64,000 nucleotides of DNA from Paraphysomonas bandaiensis. Taxonomy: Eukaryota; Protista; Chrysophyceae. The stretch is taken from the NCBI GenBank assembly GCA_965644295.1, contig CBFFRP010000199.1, positions 372,001 through 436,000 on the forward strand, read 5' to 3'. The position numbers and the translations under genes are program-made. The first letter of the stretch is position 1, and the number at the start of each line of letters is the position of its first letter. Below the pieces are notes generated by a model, which saw only the letters and a program-made list of their open reading frames with translations, ran no database searches and was not told the DNA's origin. Shown piece after piece: positions 11,749 to 23,871 of the stretch.

Positions 11749-13941
11749 ATGGATAAACTTGGTTTCCTCACATCCGTAGAGCCAGATGACCTGCAGATAG
11801 TTTCGAAGTCGAAAACTAAAACACCGAAACAACAGAGAGAGCTTAAGAAGAAGAATATCCCTAACAAGCGCATTAAAGAGGTCGATGTGGAGAATATCGA
11901 TAGAGAAGATCATGCCAGAACATGGGAACAAGCGCTCAACATGACGGAAGCTCTTCCGGTTAAGTTTGGTGATAAAGTAGTGAGAACAGTGCGTCCCGCA
12001 AGTTCGGTTGCAGAGCACGAGGAGACCTCTGACGAATCAAGCGATGAGGAGCAAGATGATGTTGTCGTAGACGGTCCCCAAGAAAGTGACAATGAATTTG
12101 AGACTCCATCGGAGGGAAACACCCAGGCTACGAAGGAAAAGACCGTCAAAGAACGCTCTCTTGACCAGAAAAAGCTCCATATTGCAGACATTTGCCACGC
12201 AGTCACCACAGATCCTACTAAATCTCTTCGTAAAAAGCGTGATGGTGACGATGATGACGCTCCCCGCCTTAGTGAGCTACTTGCGTACCTTCAGGACCCT
12301 GATTTTAGAGTACAGGAAGTGGCGATGCTCTCCTGTCTACTAGTTTTCAAAGACATTTGCCCTGGTTACCGCATTCGGACGGCTCAGGAATTCGAGCCAG
12401 GTGTGGTGTTAAAGAAGGAAACTAAACGGCTTCGTGACTTTGAGCTTGCCTTACTGGGAAGCTATCAGTTCTATGTGAAACGTCTTGACAGTCTAGTTCA
12501 AGGCCTCGGAAGCGTTAAGCGCACGAGCCCGCTCTTGTCGGAGCACAATGGGGAGCCAACCCCTGCATGGCAGTTGGGTGTAAGTGCTCTTCGGTGTCAG
12601 TGTGAACTTATGCGTAGCCTGGCACACTTCAATCTTAGGTCCCAGATTCTTTCATCTATTGTCGCCCGTGGTTCCCAGCCGTTGCCAGCGGTGTCACATA
12701 TATGCTGCTCGACTATACGAGATCTCTTCCGTGGTGACTCAGATGGAGAACTTTCGTTCGAATTGGTCACCCTCGTTGGAAAGTGTGTGACAGGTTGCAA
12801 GTACGAAGTACCAGAGGAGTTCATGCGCACTTTGGAGTACGTTAAGCTGACGGTTCACGCGGATAGTGCCCGAGATATTCGACGTAAAGCTAAACAGAAC
12901 AGACGCAAGAGGAAGAGACAGGCAGATGATGTGGAAGCTGGACTACAGGAGGTTGATGCCTCAGCACAGAAGATCACTACGAAACGCTTTCAGGCAGATT
13001 CGCTGCATGAGGTGTGCATCATATATTTCAGGTGAGATGTTATTTGTGATACCGCCCTATGTTGCTGACCATATACCAGAGTAATAAAGATGAAAGTTGG
13101 GTTTCGACTACTTCCTGCTGCACTGGAGGGGCTCGGACGTATTACTCACTTAATGAACATCGACATGGTTGAAGATCTTATAGCTCTTATGAAAACACTG
13201 GTGGATGGTTCGGGAAATATAGTTCCAGATTCAATACAATTGCTATGTGTCCACTGTGCTCTGAGCAGCCTCGCAGGACCTGGACAGGAACTTGGTGTAG
13301 ATGACGAAGCTTTTGTAACAGCTCTTCGACGCTTGATGATTGTTCTGCCTACAGACTTCACCAGCTGGAACAGACTGTTGGAGTGTGTTGAGTTATGCCT
13401 TCTGAAGCGACGTGAGGCCAGAAATAGTCTTGTGCTGTCGTTTGTGCGTCTGCTGTTGGTCCTAGCTCCCCATATGGCTCCGGACACGGCTGGAGCTGCT
13501 GCCCTAACAATGGCCCACTGTATTCTTTTGCGATATCCACGCGCCAGGTTTTCTGTAGAAGCACTTGTGTTTACAAATTCCCAGCGCGATGACGATGTAG
13601 GGGACTTGGCAATGCAGCCTCTAAAGCAGGAGGCAGGAGATGCGGATACCCAAGCCGAAGGAGATGGAACATGGATACTGCCACTGTTGAGCATACATTG
13701 TAACGCCAGATTCCACAGCTTAGCTAAGACTCTTTCTTCTAAGAACATAGTGCCCTTACCACTGAGAGTCCAGGAAGCTGTCTCGATAACAGCGGCGTCA
13801 CATTTCGATGCAGTAGAGAAACTGTTCTCGCGGCTGCCGCCAACGAAACGTCGAGTTGATACGATCCAGGAGAAACCCCAGTCTAAAAAGAAAGTTAAGA
13901 AGATGAATAGAAAAAACGGAGCACCGAGAAATAGTGTGTGA
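11749..13941 (+). CDS. NOC3: Nucleolar complex protein 3 homolog (2 exons, intron about 13032-13079)
   Basis: NOC3p motif MLSCLLVFKDICPGYRIR...KKETKRLRDFELALLGSYQFY, HFNLRSQIL, and CBF-region LLPAALEGLGRITHLMNID. Confidence 0.92.
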
Positions 13942-14644
13942 TAACTTTCGTGCCACATAAGTAAAATTCTATTTTTATATACAATTTAAATGTACCACAA
14001 CAAAGGGATCAAAATTAAACGTCTTGAGTCTTGAGTATATAGGACATCTCCAATTTAGTTTCTAGCCCGCTGAGTGGAGTTACATGCTACACAGTTCAGC
14101 TACATATAGAATATAGAAACAATTTATATATCATTTAAATAGCTTTTTCATATCGATAGCGGTATCTATAGATTATAGATGCTTAGCATTTAACATCTAT
14201 AGACGCTAGACTTTTATGTTCTATTATTTCCGACAAACCTTCAATTTCTTCATGTGGCCATATTACATAGATTGGTGGACTAGCCAAAAATTGTTCCGTA
14301 GCCCTGAGTTTATGATATGATTCCACTCTTCCGAATTTTATAACTTCAGAAATAAAAATGCTTTATATTATATATCTAACCTCCCAATAAGTAATAAGTA
14401 GTACCATCTGTTGAATGCTGCTATACACACACAGACTATTCTATCATACATAATGCTACAGTTAAATAGTGGCATTGCTAGAAGGCCCAGAAGTGCAGCT
14501 ATGTATGCAGTATGTATTCCTTGGAAGTTACGACATTACTGAGAGAGTGGTGTTCACCTGTGTTGAACTAGAAAGACATAACTCCACCCCTCACTAGAAA
14601 GACGCAGCATGCCGAGACATGTCACAGCACCGGAATAGCTCTCT

Positions 14645-15407
14645 GAGGACCGGTGCCGAGTGTGATACACCTTCGGGGGTTTTGACTTCTCATTGCTAAG
14701 TGTGATACATTTTTGGTTTTTTCTCATGGCTCGGTCCCAAGCGTGATATTTGGTGCAAATATCGTGGTTTTAAAAATTCAATTTAGAGAGAGGGGCTTTT
14801 CTGTGTGCCAAGTGTGACGTAACCTAATTTGATTACCAGACAAATTGAGCAGTAGAATAGTAATGCGATGTGTAAATCCTCTCTGCCAGTTACGTTTGTG
14901 TGGAAGGAAGAATATTGGATATGTGTTGTCGCGCTTATTCCTTCCACAAACGTAACTGACAGAGAGGATTCACACATCTCATAACTATTCTACTGCTTCC
15001 GCGCTTACTCTCTGGATCTAATGTGATCTGCTTGTCGTGGCGTGTATCACCGTCACTGGCAATTTCGACGATGTGGTCTTTTAATGACTAGTAATCCGGA
15101 AACTGCTAGGTGCAATCCATGAGGTCCTGAGCTGATATAATTGATTGTTAATCTTACCCGCCGCTTTCGTATTGTGAAGAATTGTGAACAAGTCATGAGT
15201 TTAATAGAGTTTGAACAAGTCAAGTCCTTGATGATGTACTGGTCTGGTAGTCCAAAGGTCCCAAGGTCGATGATCACACTTGGCACACGGAAAAGGCTCT
15301 CTGTCTAAATTAATTTTCTAAAACCACGATATTGCACCAAATGCATCCCACTTAGCACTGAGACGTCAAAACCCCCCAAAGGTGTATCACACTCGGCACC
15401 GGTCCCG
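14645..15407. mobile_element. Foldback (palindromic) non-autonomous DNA transposon, probably Mutator-like
   Basis: About 58-bp near-perfect TIRs (ggaccggtgccgagtgtgatacacctt...). Further inverted blocks at 14750-14843/15238-15341 and 14848-14909/14938-14997. Degenerate flanks agctctct/agctgcct. Superfamily uncertain. Confidence 0.85.
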
Positions 15408-15852
15408 AGCTGCCTCGCGTGAATGACCCTTAATCAACAATCTACATACACTGTACGGAGAATTATCTCTCTGCAACATAAAAATCTCCTCTTTTCACAG
15501 ATCTTGGACATGAAAACTCCGACAAAATTAGGATGGAAATTGCAACTTCTGGACACGTATTCAGACCGTATGCGAGGTATACCGAGGTATACATGATAAA
15601 GTGCGCGCATGTGTGTGAACAATGACGTCAGTGGGCAGAGGGAATAGAATGGTGCGGAGGGTTTGTGTCCGGTATGTTGATGAGGGAGGACGGGGGAGTG
15701 AAGTATGATGATGGGTTCAAACACAAGACTACAACACTCGGAATCATATCATTAACTCGTGGAGGATTAAGATTCTGTAGATGTGAGATCTGATGGATCG
15801 GGTTATCTGTTATTGCTGTTATATAATATCCTAACTGTTCATTATGTGTGCT

Positions 15853-17634
15853 ATGGATGTCCCCAGTGTACCGGTGGATATAATGAGAGTCATACAGCGC
15901 ATTGCCAATGTGTTCGAAACGATAATGGTTAGATTCTATCTGTGCTTACAGAGATCCTCATATCTCATATGCTTCATACAGGCGGATATCATCAAGAACA
16001 TGGGACACAAAGGGATGTCGGTATCGAGAATAGCCAATCATTTCTTTGAGATATGTGGAATGCACTTCAGAGGTTGGGCGTTCTGTGATATTATGTTCAT
16101 ACGCTTCTTTGAGAGAGTTGCGAAGAAATATCTGGTTGGGAAAACTTTTATTTTGTTTGCGTCTTGGTATGTGTTATATTATTTGGAGAACTTCAATTGT
16201 TTAAATTGTATCTCAGTTTCATTGCATGTATTTGTTTACAATCGTCCCGTGGTATAATGAAGATGGTAGTTGATGTCTACGCTAATACTTCAGATCGCAC
16301 TAAAATCTCCCTCGCAATGTGTGAAAATATATTTCGAAGCGTCCTCGTTCACTCCTCTGGTGATAGCGCAATGTATGTTTTATCCCTTCGTAATAAAACC
16401 CTTATCATCAATATGTGGGATTAGGTGTGCCGAGGAAGCATCCTCTATGTTCAAAGAGTATTTAGATGCGTGCCCTCTTCCTGGTGCAATATTCCAGGTT
16501 AAGAAGTCGTCAGACGTCAAAGTTTTTACAGACCTGGATACCTTTCTAAACTTTTGCTGCCGCGCTCATCCGACCATTCTCTGGCCTGTGCGAATGATGC
16601 AAAAACAGCTTCAAACGCAATTCCTTGGAGTGAAGTTTTGGGAAAAACTGATGAGCTCTGACTTATGTTCGTTTCTCAACTCTAAAGAAATAGCGAGCGA
16701 CTCTTTCCAGCAGGTTGAGATCCTTTGCAAACTTTACACTTCCAGTCTTTGCGTTTCAGTTTCAGACGAAGGGAGAAGTGGGAAAGTCCTTACTACTCAA
16801 GTCTACGATCAGTACTTTGCTCGAAAAACTCATGTAGTAGAGGCAGGTCGAAACAGATTTGATGTGCGCCTGCGTCAATCACTTCATATTATGAGGGAGA
16901 GTTACCCCGCGAATCCCGTCCCACGCAGAGAATCGATGTACTTTACTGCTAGCATGTGTAATCGCAAAACTACCTCTACAACCACTAACCCCGGTAGTAA
17001 ATGTGAAGTGGACGAGGAAGAACTCACTGAAGAGGATATGTTTTTTCCGCCTGCGTCTACTCCTAACCCTCCCCCTTCTTTATCTAACAGTGTCCATGAC
17101 AGCCCTTCCAACCGAAATGAGAGTGAGACACCTAGCAATTTGCAGCAATTGATTGATCCCTTCACCGGAGAGCTTCTACGTGATATCCGCGTGCTAGTTA
17201 TCGAAGATAGTTGCTTCCAGCGAAAACTTATCGTTCGTCGTCTAATGCACTGTCTGGGTGAGGGCATGACGAATGTGGAGGATACTTGGCCAGAGGTTAA
17301 CGGCGCAGGTACTGGAGAGGAAGCGATGAGTATCTTAGAGAAAGAGTCTTCGAGGGGATATGATGTATTTGTCGTGGACGAGAACCTGGATGGCGCTGGA
17401 GGGGTGCTGAAAGGCCATGAGGTGATATCTATTCTCCGAAAGAATCCTCACATGAAGGACGTAATCATTATTGGGTGTACCAGTAACATTCATAAGCATG
17501 GTGCCAAATTTATACAAGCTGGTGCAAATGCTGTGTGGTCCAAACCGATACCCGATCCTGTCGTGCTGCAGCAAAACTTGAAAAAACTAATCTATCAGCG
17601 CAATAAACGGATTGGTATGCACACAGCCATGTAA
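15853..17634 (+). CDS. Response-regulator receiver-domain protein with an uncharacterised (degenerate EF-hand-like) N-terminus (multi-exon)
   Basis: C-terminal REC: VLVIEDS..QRK, YDVFVVDENL (phospho-Asp), KGHEV, IIIGCT, AGANAVWSKP. The 5' part is joined by three introns. Confidence 0.75.
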
Positions 17635-19134
17635 CATCCATGAGCAGTTTTTTCTTTTGTGCCCGCTATGGTGGGTAGGAGAGTGGCTGATCTGTGAATT
17701 CACATCCACACTGATGTCACTCCTCTTATATTTGTAGTTTATTTTTTCATACAACTTCTTGACGCTTTCTGGTCATGTTATATCATATATATGAAACAGC
17801 GACAGTGTGAGCTGATTTCTGCGAATACATTAACTTTATTCTACTCTCGAAAGTCAGAAGTGTAAAGCTCATTTTATGCTATAAGGTTATAATTTACAAA
17901 AAAAACACCACTTATTCTCTTCACGTTGGTAAAGACATTTCATTTCGCTAATAAGAGGGAGGGGTAAACTACACTGCAATGTACGAATACACGATATATA
18001 TTGCAATACAAAGAAGCAAAGAGACCCAATATATTGTAATGCATATATATTGTATGTAAAAGAATCTGGTGTAGTTCTGGTGCTGTATGAATGCAATTGA
18101 AGTGAGCGCAATAGGAGAAAACCAACTCATAGTAAATAGGTGAATTGAGTTGCCAAGGTAGTAAAATGAATTACTAGATTAGTAATCAGTAGTGTAGGTC
18201 TATATCTATATGTGGTATTTATAAATGTGGGGTTGAGTAGCTAATGAACATATCGTTCACGGGTGTGAAGTAGTACAGATACTGTCAGCATATTGTAATA
18301 GTGGTGTTGGACCTGCTAGAAAGCATTAGAATAGTATTCATGAGAATCTAGCTTAGGCTACTGATGTAGTGGATTATTCCCAATAATTACTGAATGCTAT
18401 AAAGATAATAACTCTTGACTAGCTGATTACATAAGATTGTTTCCTAGCAATATTCTACTGCAAGTATATCTGACCATAAGCTTGTAGTGGTAATTTGTTC
18501 CGATAGAGAAGGCGGCGATGCATCAGTACCTCGTTAATTATTCAAAACTTCGGTTTTCGAATGAATAAGGGAAAAAACTTAATAATGAGATAAGCATTTG
18601 AATGGCATATGAATATGTATAGCGAAAGCAAAATACACCACTTTTTATATATATACTATGTGCAAGTAGCGAAAACTACAATCAAGGCACTACACTGTAC
18701 CAGTATATTCTCTTCCATCTCTATCCCTGCGCAGGAAGCTTGTCCGTGGAATTAGCTCCCTTCAAGGCCTTACCAGCTCAGAGGACAATGTCTGTTCAGT
18801 TGATTTAGTCAGAGCTGTGTCTCAGGACAGCTTGAGCACCATCCAGCACTCTCGCTGCAGCTACCTGGACATGTGTCTCAACCATGAGGGATTTATGATT
18901 ACATAACGCTCTAAAGTATTGTTCCTCACATGTCAGTCAACAGATCGCTTGACACACCGAGCGCATATGGATATACTGCTGTAGATAGTATACGACCCGT
19001 CATGTTGTATAGCGGTATACCGGTATACAGTGTAGATTATACCGTGTGTGTGGATTATAGGGCGGGGCCGGGACTGGGAGCTGGGAGCTGTGAACTGGGA
19101 GGAGTGCAGTGTAGTTATTAGACTGGTTTCATAG

Positions 19135-20055
19135 ATGAGGAGTGGCGTACTGTTTATCGTGCTGTTGGTATCGTTGAACGGGTTGTCCAGTGATGCTCTG
19201 AAGCGCACTGGGACACGTTTTATTATTCCGAAACAGAAGCGAAGTGATTCTATTAACGTTGGATCGCTTTATCTACCACGAAATGGTGCGATAACGAGCT
19301 CCACCTCCACCTTAAAGAAAGTAGTGAAGGCTGTGCATAAAGTGTATATATATTCTAGTACTGCTTTTCGTAATCTATATTCGAAATTGAAACCAAGACC
19401 ATCGGCTAATAGGTGAATATGTTATTGATGTGGAACAGACAATATTGTCACGCCTTATACTGCAGACTGAGTCAGGTGGAAATGAAGAAGAAACACCTAT
19501 CTGCAGACTATGGACCTGGAGGGGCACGCTCTCGAATTCAGAAGGTTTGAAGCGCTTTTCAATTTAGTTTCCTGATGCTGAACATAGGAGCTGCGTGCAT
19601 TTATTAAAGACCCTCCTCCGAACTGTCGTGTTTCTGTGGGTAACGATATCCGAGTTTGGGTTGTTACTATCACCGGCACAGAGGGCACCTTGTATCAGAA
19701 TGAAAAATATAAGCTGAAAATTGTATTTCCTACTGATTATCCATCTCGACCGCCGAGCGTATATTTTCTTAGCCCCGTACCTCGGCATGAGCATGTATAC
19801 TCAAACGGCGATATATGTCTAAATTTGTTAGGGAAGGACTGGCAGCCCACAATGAGTGCTCAGGGTATAGCTATCAGTGTACTCTCCATGCTGTCAAGCG
19901 CAAAAGAGAAGAAGATCCCCCCAGATAATGCAATGCGTGAGTGTATTTGCGCCATAAATTCATGAATTTTTTCGTTAATAGTATTTATTACAGATGCGGA
20001 GTCACCTCCAGGGCAGAAGCAGGTGGACTGGATGTATCACGACGACAGATGTTGA
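19135..20055 (+). CDS. UBE2W-like ubiquitin-conjugating enzyme with N-terminal signal/transit-like extension (4 exons)
   Basis: RIQKELRAF..DPP, FPTDYPSRPP, HEHVYSNGDICL and C-terminal WMYHDDRC (UBE2W-type). Hydrophobic N-terminus MRSGVLFIVLLVSLNGLSSDA is followed by a K/R/S/T-rich segment. Confidence 0.9.
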
Positions 20056-20219
20056 CATTAGTTGCACCTTTTGATACAATGGCTGCATAGACTTTATAAA
20101 CGTTTAGCGATTCTATGTATATATTCACTAGAGATTAAATCAAGTCAGTTACTATGACAAGCATATACGTTATAATTCGTGCTACTCCCAATTTCCAAAC
20201 GTGGAAGCACAAAGAATAG

Positions 20220-21513
20220 CAGGGATGCGTAACAATTTATTGACGCAGGTTGTAGTCAACTATAATTGTAATTATTACTTGCTGTCCGGATTCATTGAAT
20301 TAGTTGCAATTTTTGATACTAAGCTACGTAGCATCATGCGGCTCACTCAGGTGTATCGTGTTCTTGCCCGACAGGAGGCTTCCGTAATTGACACCATTTT
20401 CACACTGAACATGACCCCCAACAAGAGGTCCGTACCCCTAAGGAGGTTATCACCAACAAGAAGGTAAATGTCCCAAGCAAGGACACCCGCATAGAATTTG
20501 GAAAGCTCGTTCAAGTGAAGATCAACCATCTAGTGCAACATCCGAGGATAACAGAGCTGAGGATGCAATTGTAGTGGAACGAGACCCTAATACTAACGGT
20601 GGTATCAGAGTGTTCACAGTTCATATTAGACACCATGCGGATAGTCTCTCGATCGACTTTCAAACCATATTTGTTTACCCCCAGCGTCATCAACACCTTG
20701 AACAGGATATCCAACCACGACGAGTCTCGCAGCAGCAATGACCCCGTGACACCGTACGAGGATCATCCCAATTCCCCTGACTGGAGCCGCGATGGCGACA
20801 ACCCCCCAGATAGAGTGTCAGAATCTGATGACGAAGGTGACATTGAGCCATGTCTGCCTACCGATGACAGCCCACCTACTAAGCTTGTGCCACCGGACAC
20901 CAGTGAGGTGGGTCTATTCCCCGGACGCCTGTTGAAGGCCCACAGACGTTTACACAAGTGTCCCTTGTACCACACAAGCCTTTGGCTATGTGTGGGCAGT
21001 ACGTTATCTGCTGACAATAAATATGCGGCTGACGTTAATTTCCAGGAGAAAAATCTCTGATACTAACCCCCAAGAACACTACAAAAACGTACAAGTTCAA
21101 CTTTGTTGAGGGCATGCAATTAATGCAGGCATCATCGTTACTTGTATTGACACAATTTACTATCATGAATGATTGGATGTACTTCAACAGTTAACTGACT
21201 CTGGTAGGCGTCGTCAATTATGCATTTTCTAGAAAACTTGTAAATTGTAATAAATACATTTAAACGCATTTTTATGGTCCAATAGTAATTTTGAACCTTT
21301 AACTAGTTACATGTAGTTTTTACCGCTTATGATTTCGTGTAATAATTAATATACACACTCTAATCTCTAATTACACCTTGTGAGTGTCAGATTGACGGTA
21401 TTTTTTTCAATTATTTGAAGCACGCTGTAGCCAATTATAATTGCAATTATGATATGCTGTATAATGTATAAATGTCAATTAATTGAAAATCAATTTATTG
21501 ATACGCAGTCCTG
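20220..21513. mobile_element. hAT family A element (degenerate TIRs) carrying foreign internal sequence
   Basis: Left end cagggatgcgtaacaatttattgacgcaggttg, right end caatttattgatacgcagtcctg. Flanks aagaatag/aagaatat match 7/8. Confidence 0.8.
20350..20900 (+). pseudogene. Frameshifted Ty1/Copia-type integrase C-terminal fragment
   Basis: Across frames: FTLNMTPNKRS / TPKEVITNKKVN..KDTRIEFGKLVQV / RAEDAIVVERDPNTNGGIRVF / TMRIVSRSTFKPYLFTPSVINTLNRI. This is the post-core pattern of Copia integrases, recognised by eye. Confidence 0.65.
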
Positions 21514-21612
21514 AAGAATATCAGTCAGCTAAGTAGTGTGTAGATTGCCACGAGAGCAACAAAGCGAACCGCAAGTCAACAGCTAAATAAGAGCAGTTAC
21601 GATAAATAATTA

Positions 21613-22655
21613 TTAATCACGTGGTATCCAATGGTATTTAATATCTTTAAATATTAAAATACAGGAATTCGAAAATACAATGTCTCCTACGGAATACTCA
21701 ATTGGATCATTAGTGGTGATCTCGATTTTTCTTGGATCAGAAATGTGATCGCCGCCGTAGTCCCTACGCCATTTGCTTAAATGCATAGTCAAATTTTGAA
21801 AATATGGCAGGGATTCACGGAAAGCCACCGTATCCTCAATTACGTACACACCCAGGTTATTGAGAAGAGGAAAAAGAATTTCGAAGGATCGAATTGTAAG
21901 GCTGCCAATATGACTACAGTCGTCAATAATTATATCAAAAGGCCCATGCAGGCCGTTCACATACTTCAAAAACTCCTCATCAGTTTGATGACCCACATGT
22001 ACGTATATATCTCTCGCTTCATCCTGTGATTTAAGCACTTCAGGACTCAAGTCAATACCGACCAGGCGATCAGCATTCGGAAAATATTCACGAAATGATC
22101 GCAAGCTCTCACCCAAATAAACACCAAGTTCCAGATAACGTAGTGATGGTAGTTTACGATACGAGTCCAAGTATCGATGATAGTAGTGGCCGTAGTTATG
22201 AATTAGTGGTCTTTTATCTAACAGTACATGAGTTATGAATATATTTTCTGCAAGCGACGTAAATAACTCTTACCTGATATGTGTTTTTGAAATATGTCTG
22301 TCAGCACATTGCTAGTATGATTGTATCGATGGGCGAGAAACTCTGTCACGTTGAATTCAAATCCGAGTGCTTGGCAGAGAGTTTTACATATCGACACAGC
22401 TGCTTCTGTCATCATGAATTCATCTCTCGGTAGCGTTATGTTGAGAAGGTGAAGATTTTCTTTTGTAAATTCTTCACACCGACTTCCCATCAATGCAGAG
22501 GATGTCTTCTCCGACTCCATGTATCTGATGTGCACAGGATCGCTGGAGTCAGAGAAGTACAAGGGAGACAGTATCATGACATCTTGATCCGCCGCCTTAG
22601 CAATCGACAAGCATACTACCAGCACAGAAATCTTCAGGGATAGATGCATGACCAT
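21613..22655 (-). CDS. Class I SAM-dependent methyltransferase (MycE/TylE-like sugar O-MT pattern) with signal peptide (2 exons)
   Basis: Signal-like start MHLSLKISVLVVCLSIAKA. After the intron: SDK..IHNYGHYYHRYL, YLELGVYLGESL, GIDL, GHQTDEEFL, FDIIIDDCSH, GVYVIED. Confidence 0.85.
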
Positions 22656-22736
22656 GATCGGCTCTATTTCATGAGAGACAAACTTGTATCCATATCCCAC
22701 ACAATAAGCTGAAACTTACAGTACAACACTCTGCAA

Positions 22737-23261
22737 ATGAATGTATGTATGTATGTATGTATGTATGTATGTATGTATGTATGTATGTATGTATGTATGT
22801 ATGTATGTATGTATGTATGTATGTATGTATGTATGTATGTATGTATGTATGTATGTATGTATGTATGTATGTATGTATGTATGTATGTATGTATGTATGT
22901 ATGTATGTATGTATGTATGTATGTATGTATGTATGTATGTATGTATGTATGTATGTATGGAGACGTTTTTCAACAAAGGGGACCAGTCTGGTCCCACTTT
23001 ATTTTTTTGTATTGTGTTTTTTCGTATGGAATATGAGTGTAGAGCTTTGAAATTGTGGTCAAAATGACCACAATTTTTTTATTTCGAGTGGGACCAAATA
23101 CAGTCCGACAAGTGGAGGGCTGGTCCACTTTGTCAAAAAACGTCTCTATGTATGTATGTATGTATGTATGTATGTATGTATGTATGTATGTATGTATGTA
23201 TGTATGTATGTATGTATGTATGTATGTATGTATGTATGTATGTATGTATGTATGAATGTAA

Positions 23262-23292
<31 letters not shown>

Positions 23293-23757
23293 TGTATGTA
23301 TGTATGTATGTATGTATGTATGTATGTATGTATGTATGTGTGTATGTATGTATGTATGTATGTATGTATGTATGTATGTATGTATGTATGTATGTATGTA
23401 TGTATGTATGTATGTATGTATGTATGTATGTATGTATGTATGTATGTATGTATGTATGTATGTATGTATGTATGTATGTATGTATGTATGTATGTATGTA
23501 TGTATGTATGTATGTATGTATGTATGTATGTATGTATGTATGTATGTATGTATGTATGTATGTATGTATGTATGTATGTATGTATGTATGTATGTATGTG
23601 TGTATGTATGTATGTATGTATGTATGTATGTATGTATGTATGTATGTATGTATGTATGTATGTATGTATGTATGTATGTATGTATGTATGTATGTATGTA
23701 GGTAGGTAGGTAGGTATGTATGTATGTATGTAGGTATGTATGTATGTATGTATGTAT
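22737..23757. repeat. (TATG)n tetranucleotide array, split by a TIR element
   Basis: About 220-bp and about 610-bp near-perfect TATG tracts either side of 22960-23146. Confidence 0.98.
22960..23146. mobile_element. 187-bp MITE with GAG...CTC termini inside the (TATG)n array (Sola-like termini)
   Basis: Left end gagacgtttttcaacaaaggggaccag; reverse complement of right end gagacgttttttgacaaagtggaccag. Flanked by TATG on both sides. Confidence 0.85.
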
Positions 23758-23787
23758 CTAGCAGTATACATACAGCAGAGTATCTAG

Positions 23788-23871
23788 ATGGTCCCATGAC
23801 CACAAAAGCTCCACATACGAAAACACACAATACAAAAAAATGAAGTGGTCCGCTTTGTCAATAAACGTCTC
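23788..23871 (-). mobile_element. Truncated second copy of the same MITE
   Basis: atacgaaaacacacaatacaaaaaaat is near-complementary to 22999-23030, and the copy ends in gtggtccgctttgtcaataaacgtctc (TIR). Confidence 0.75.

Noticed and set aside
13146-13958. 270-aa antisense ORF, and similar shadows over the MAP3K, P4H and GT90 genes
   Set aside because: They lie opposite well-supported genes and contain no recognisable motifs.
18720-18900. GC-richer patch upstream of the E2 gene
   Set aside because: No convincing ORF, repeat partner or structure found by eye.
20599-21060. 153-aa ORF as a host gene
   Set aside because: It is a chimeric read-through of the Copia fragment into repeat family B inside a hAT element.
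22737-23757. CRISPR-like or telomeric array
   Set aside because: A simple 4-bp repeat with no spacers, no cas genes and no G-rich telomere unit, in a eukaryotic context.
22716-23830. ORFs encoding MYVC/HTYI repeats
   Set aside because: They are translations of the stop-free (TATG)n microsatellite, not genes.
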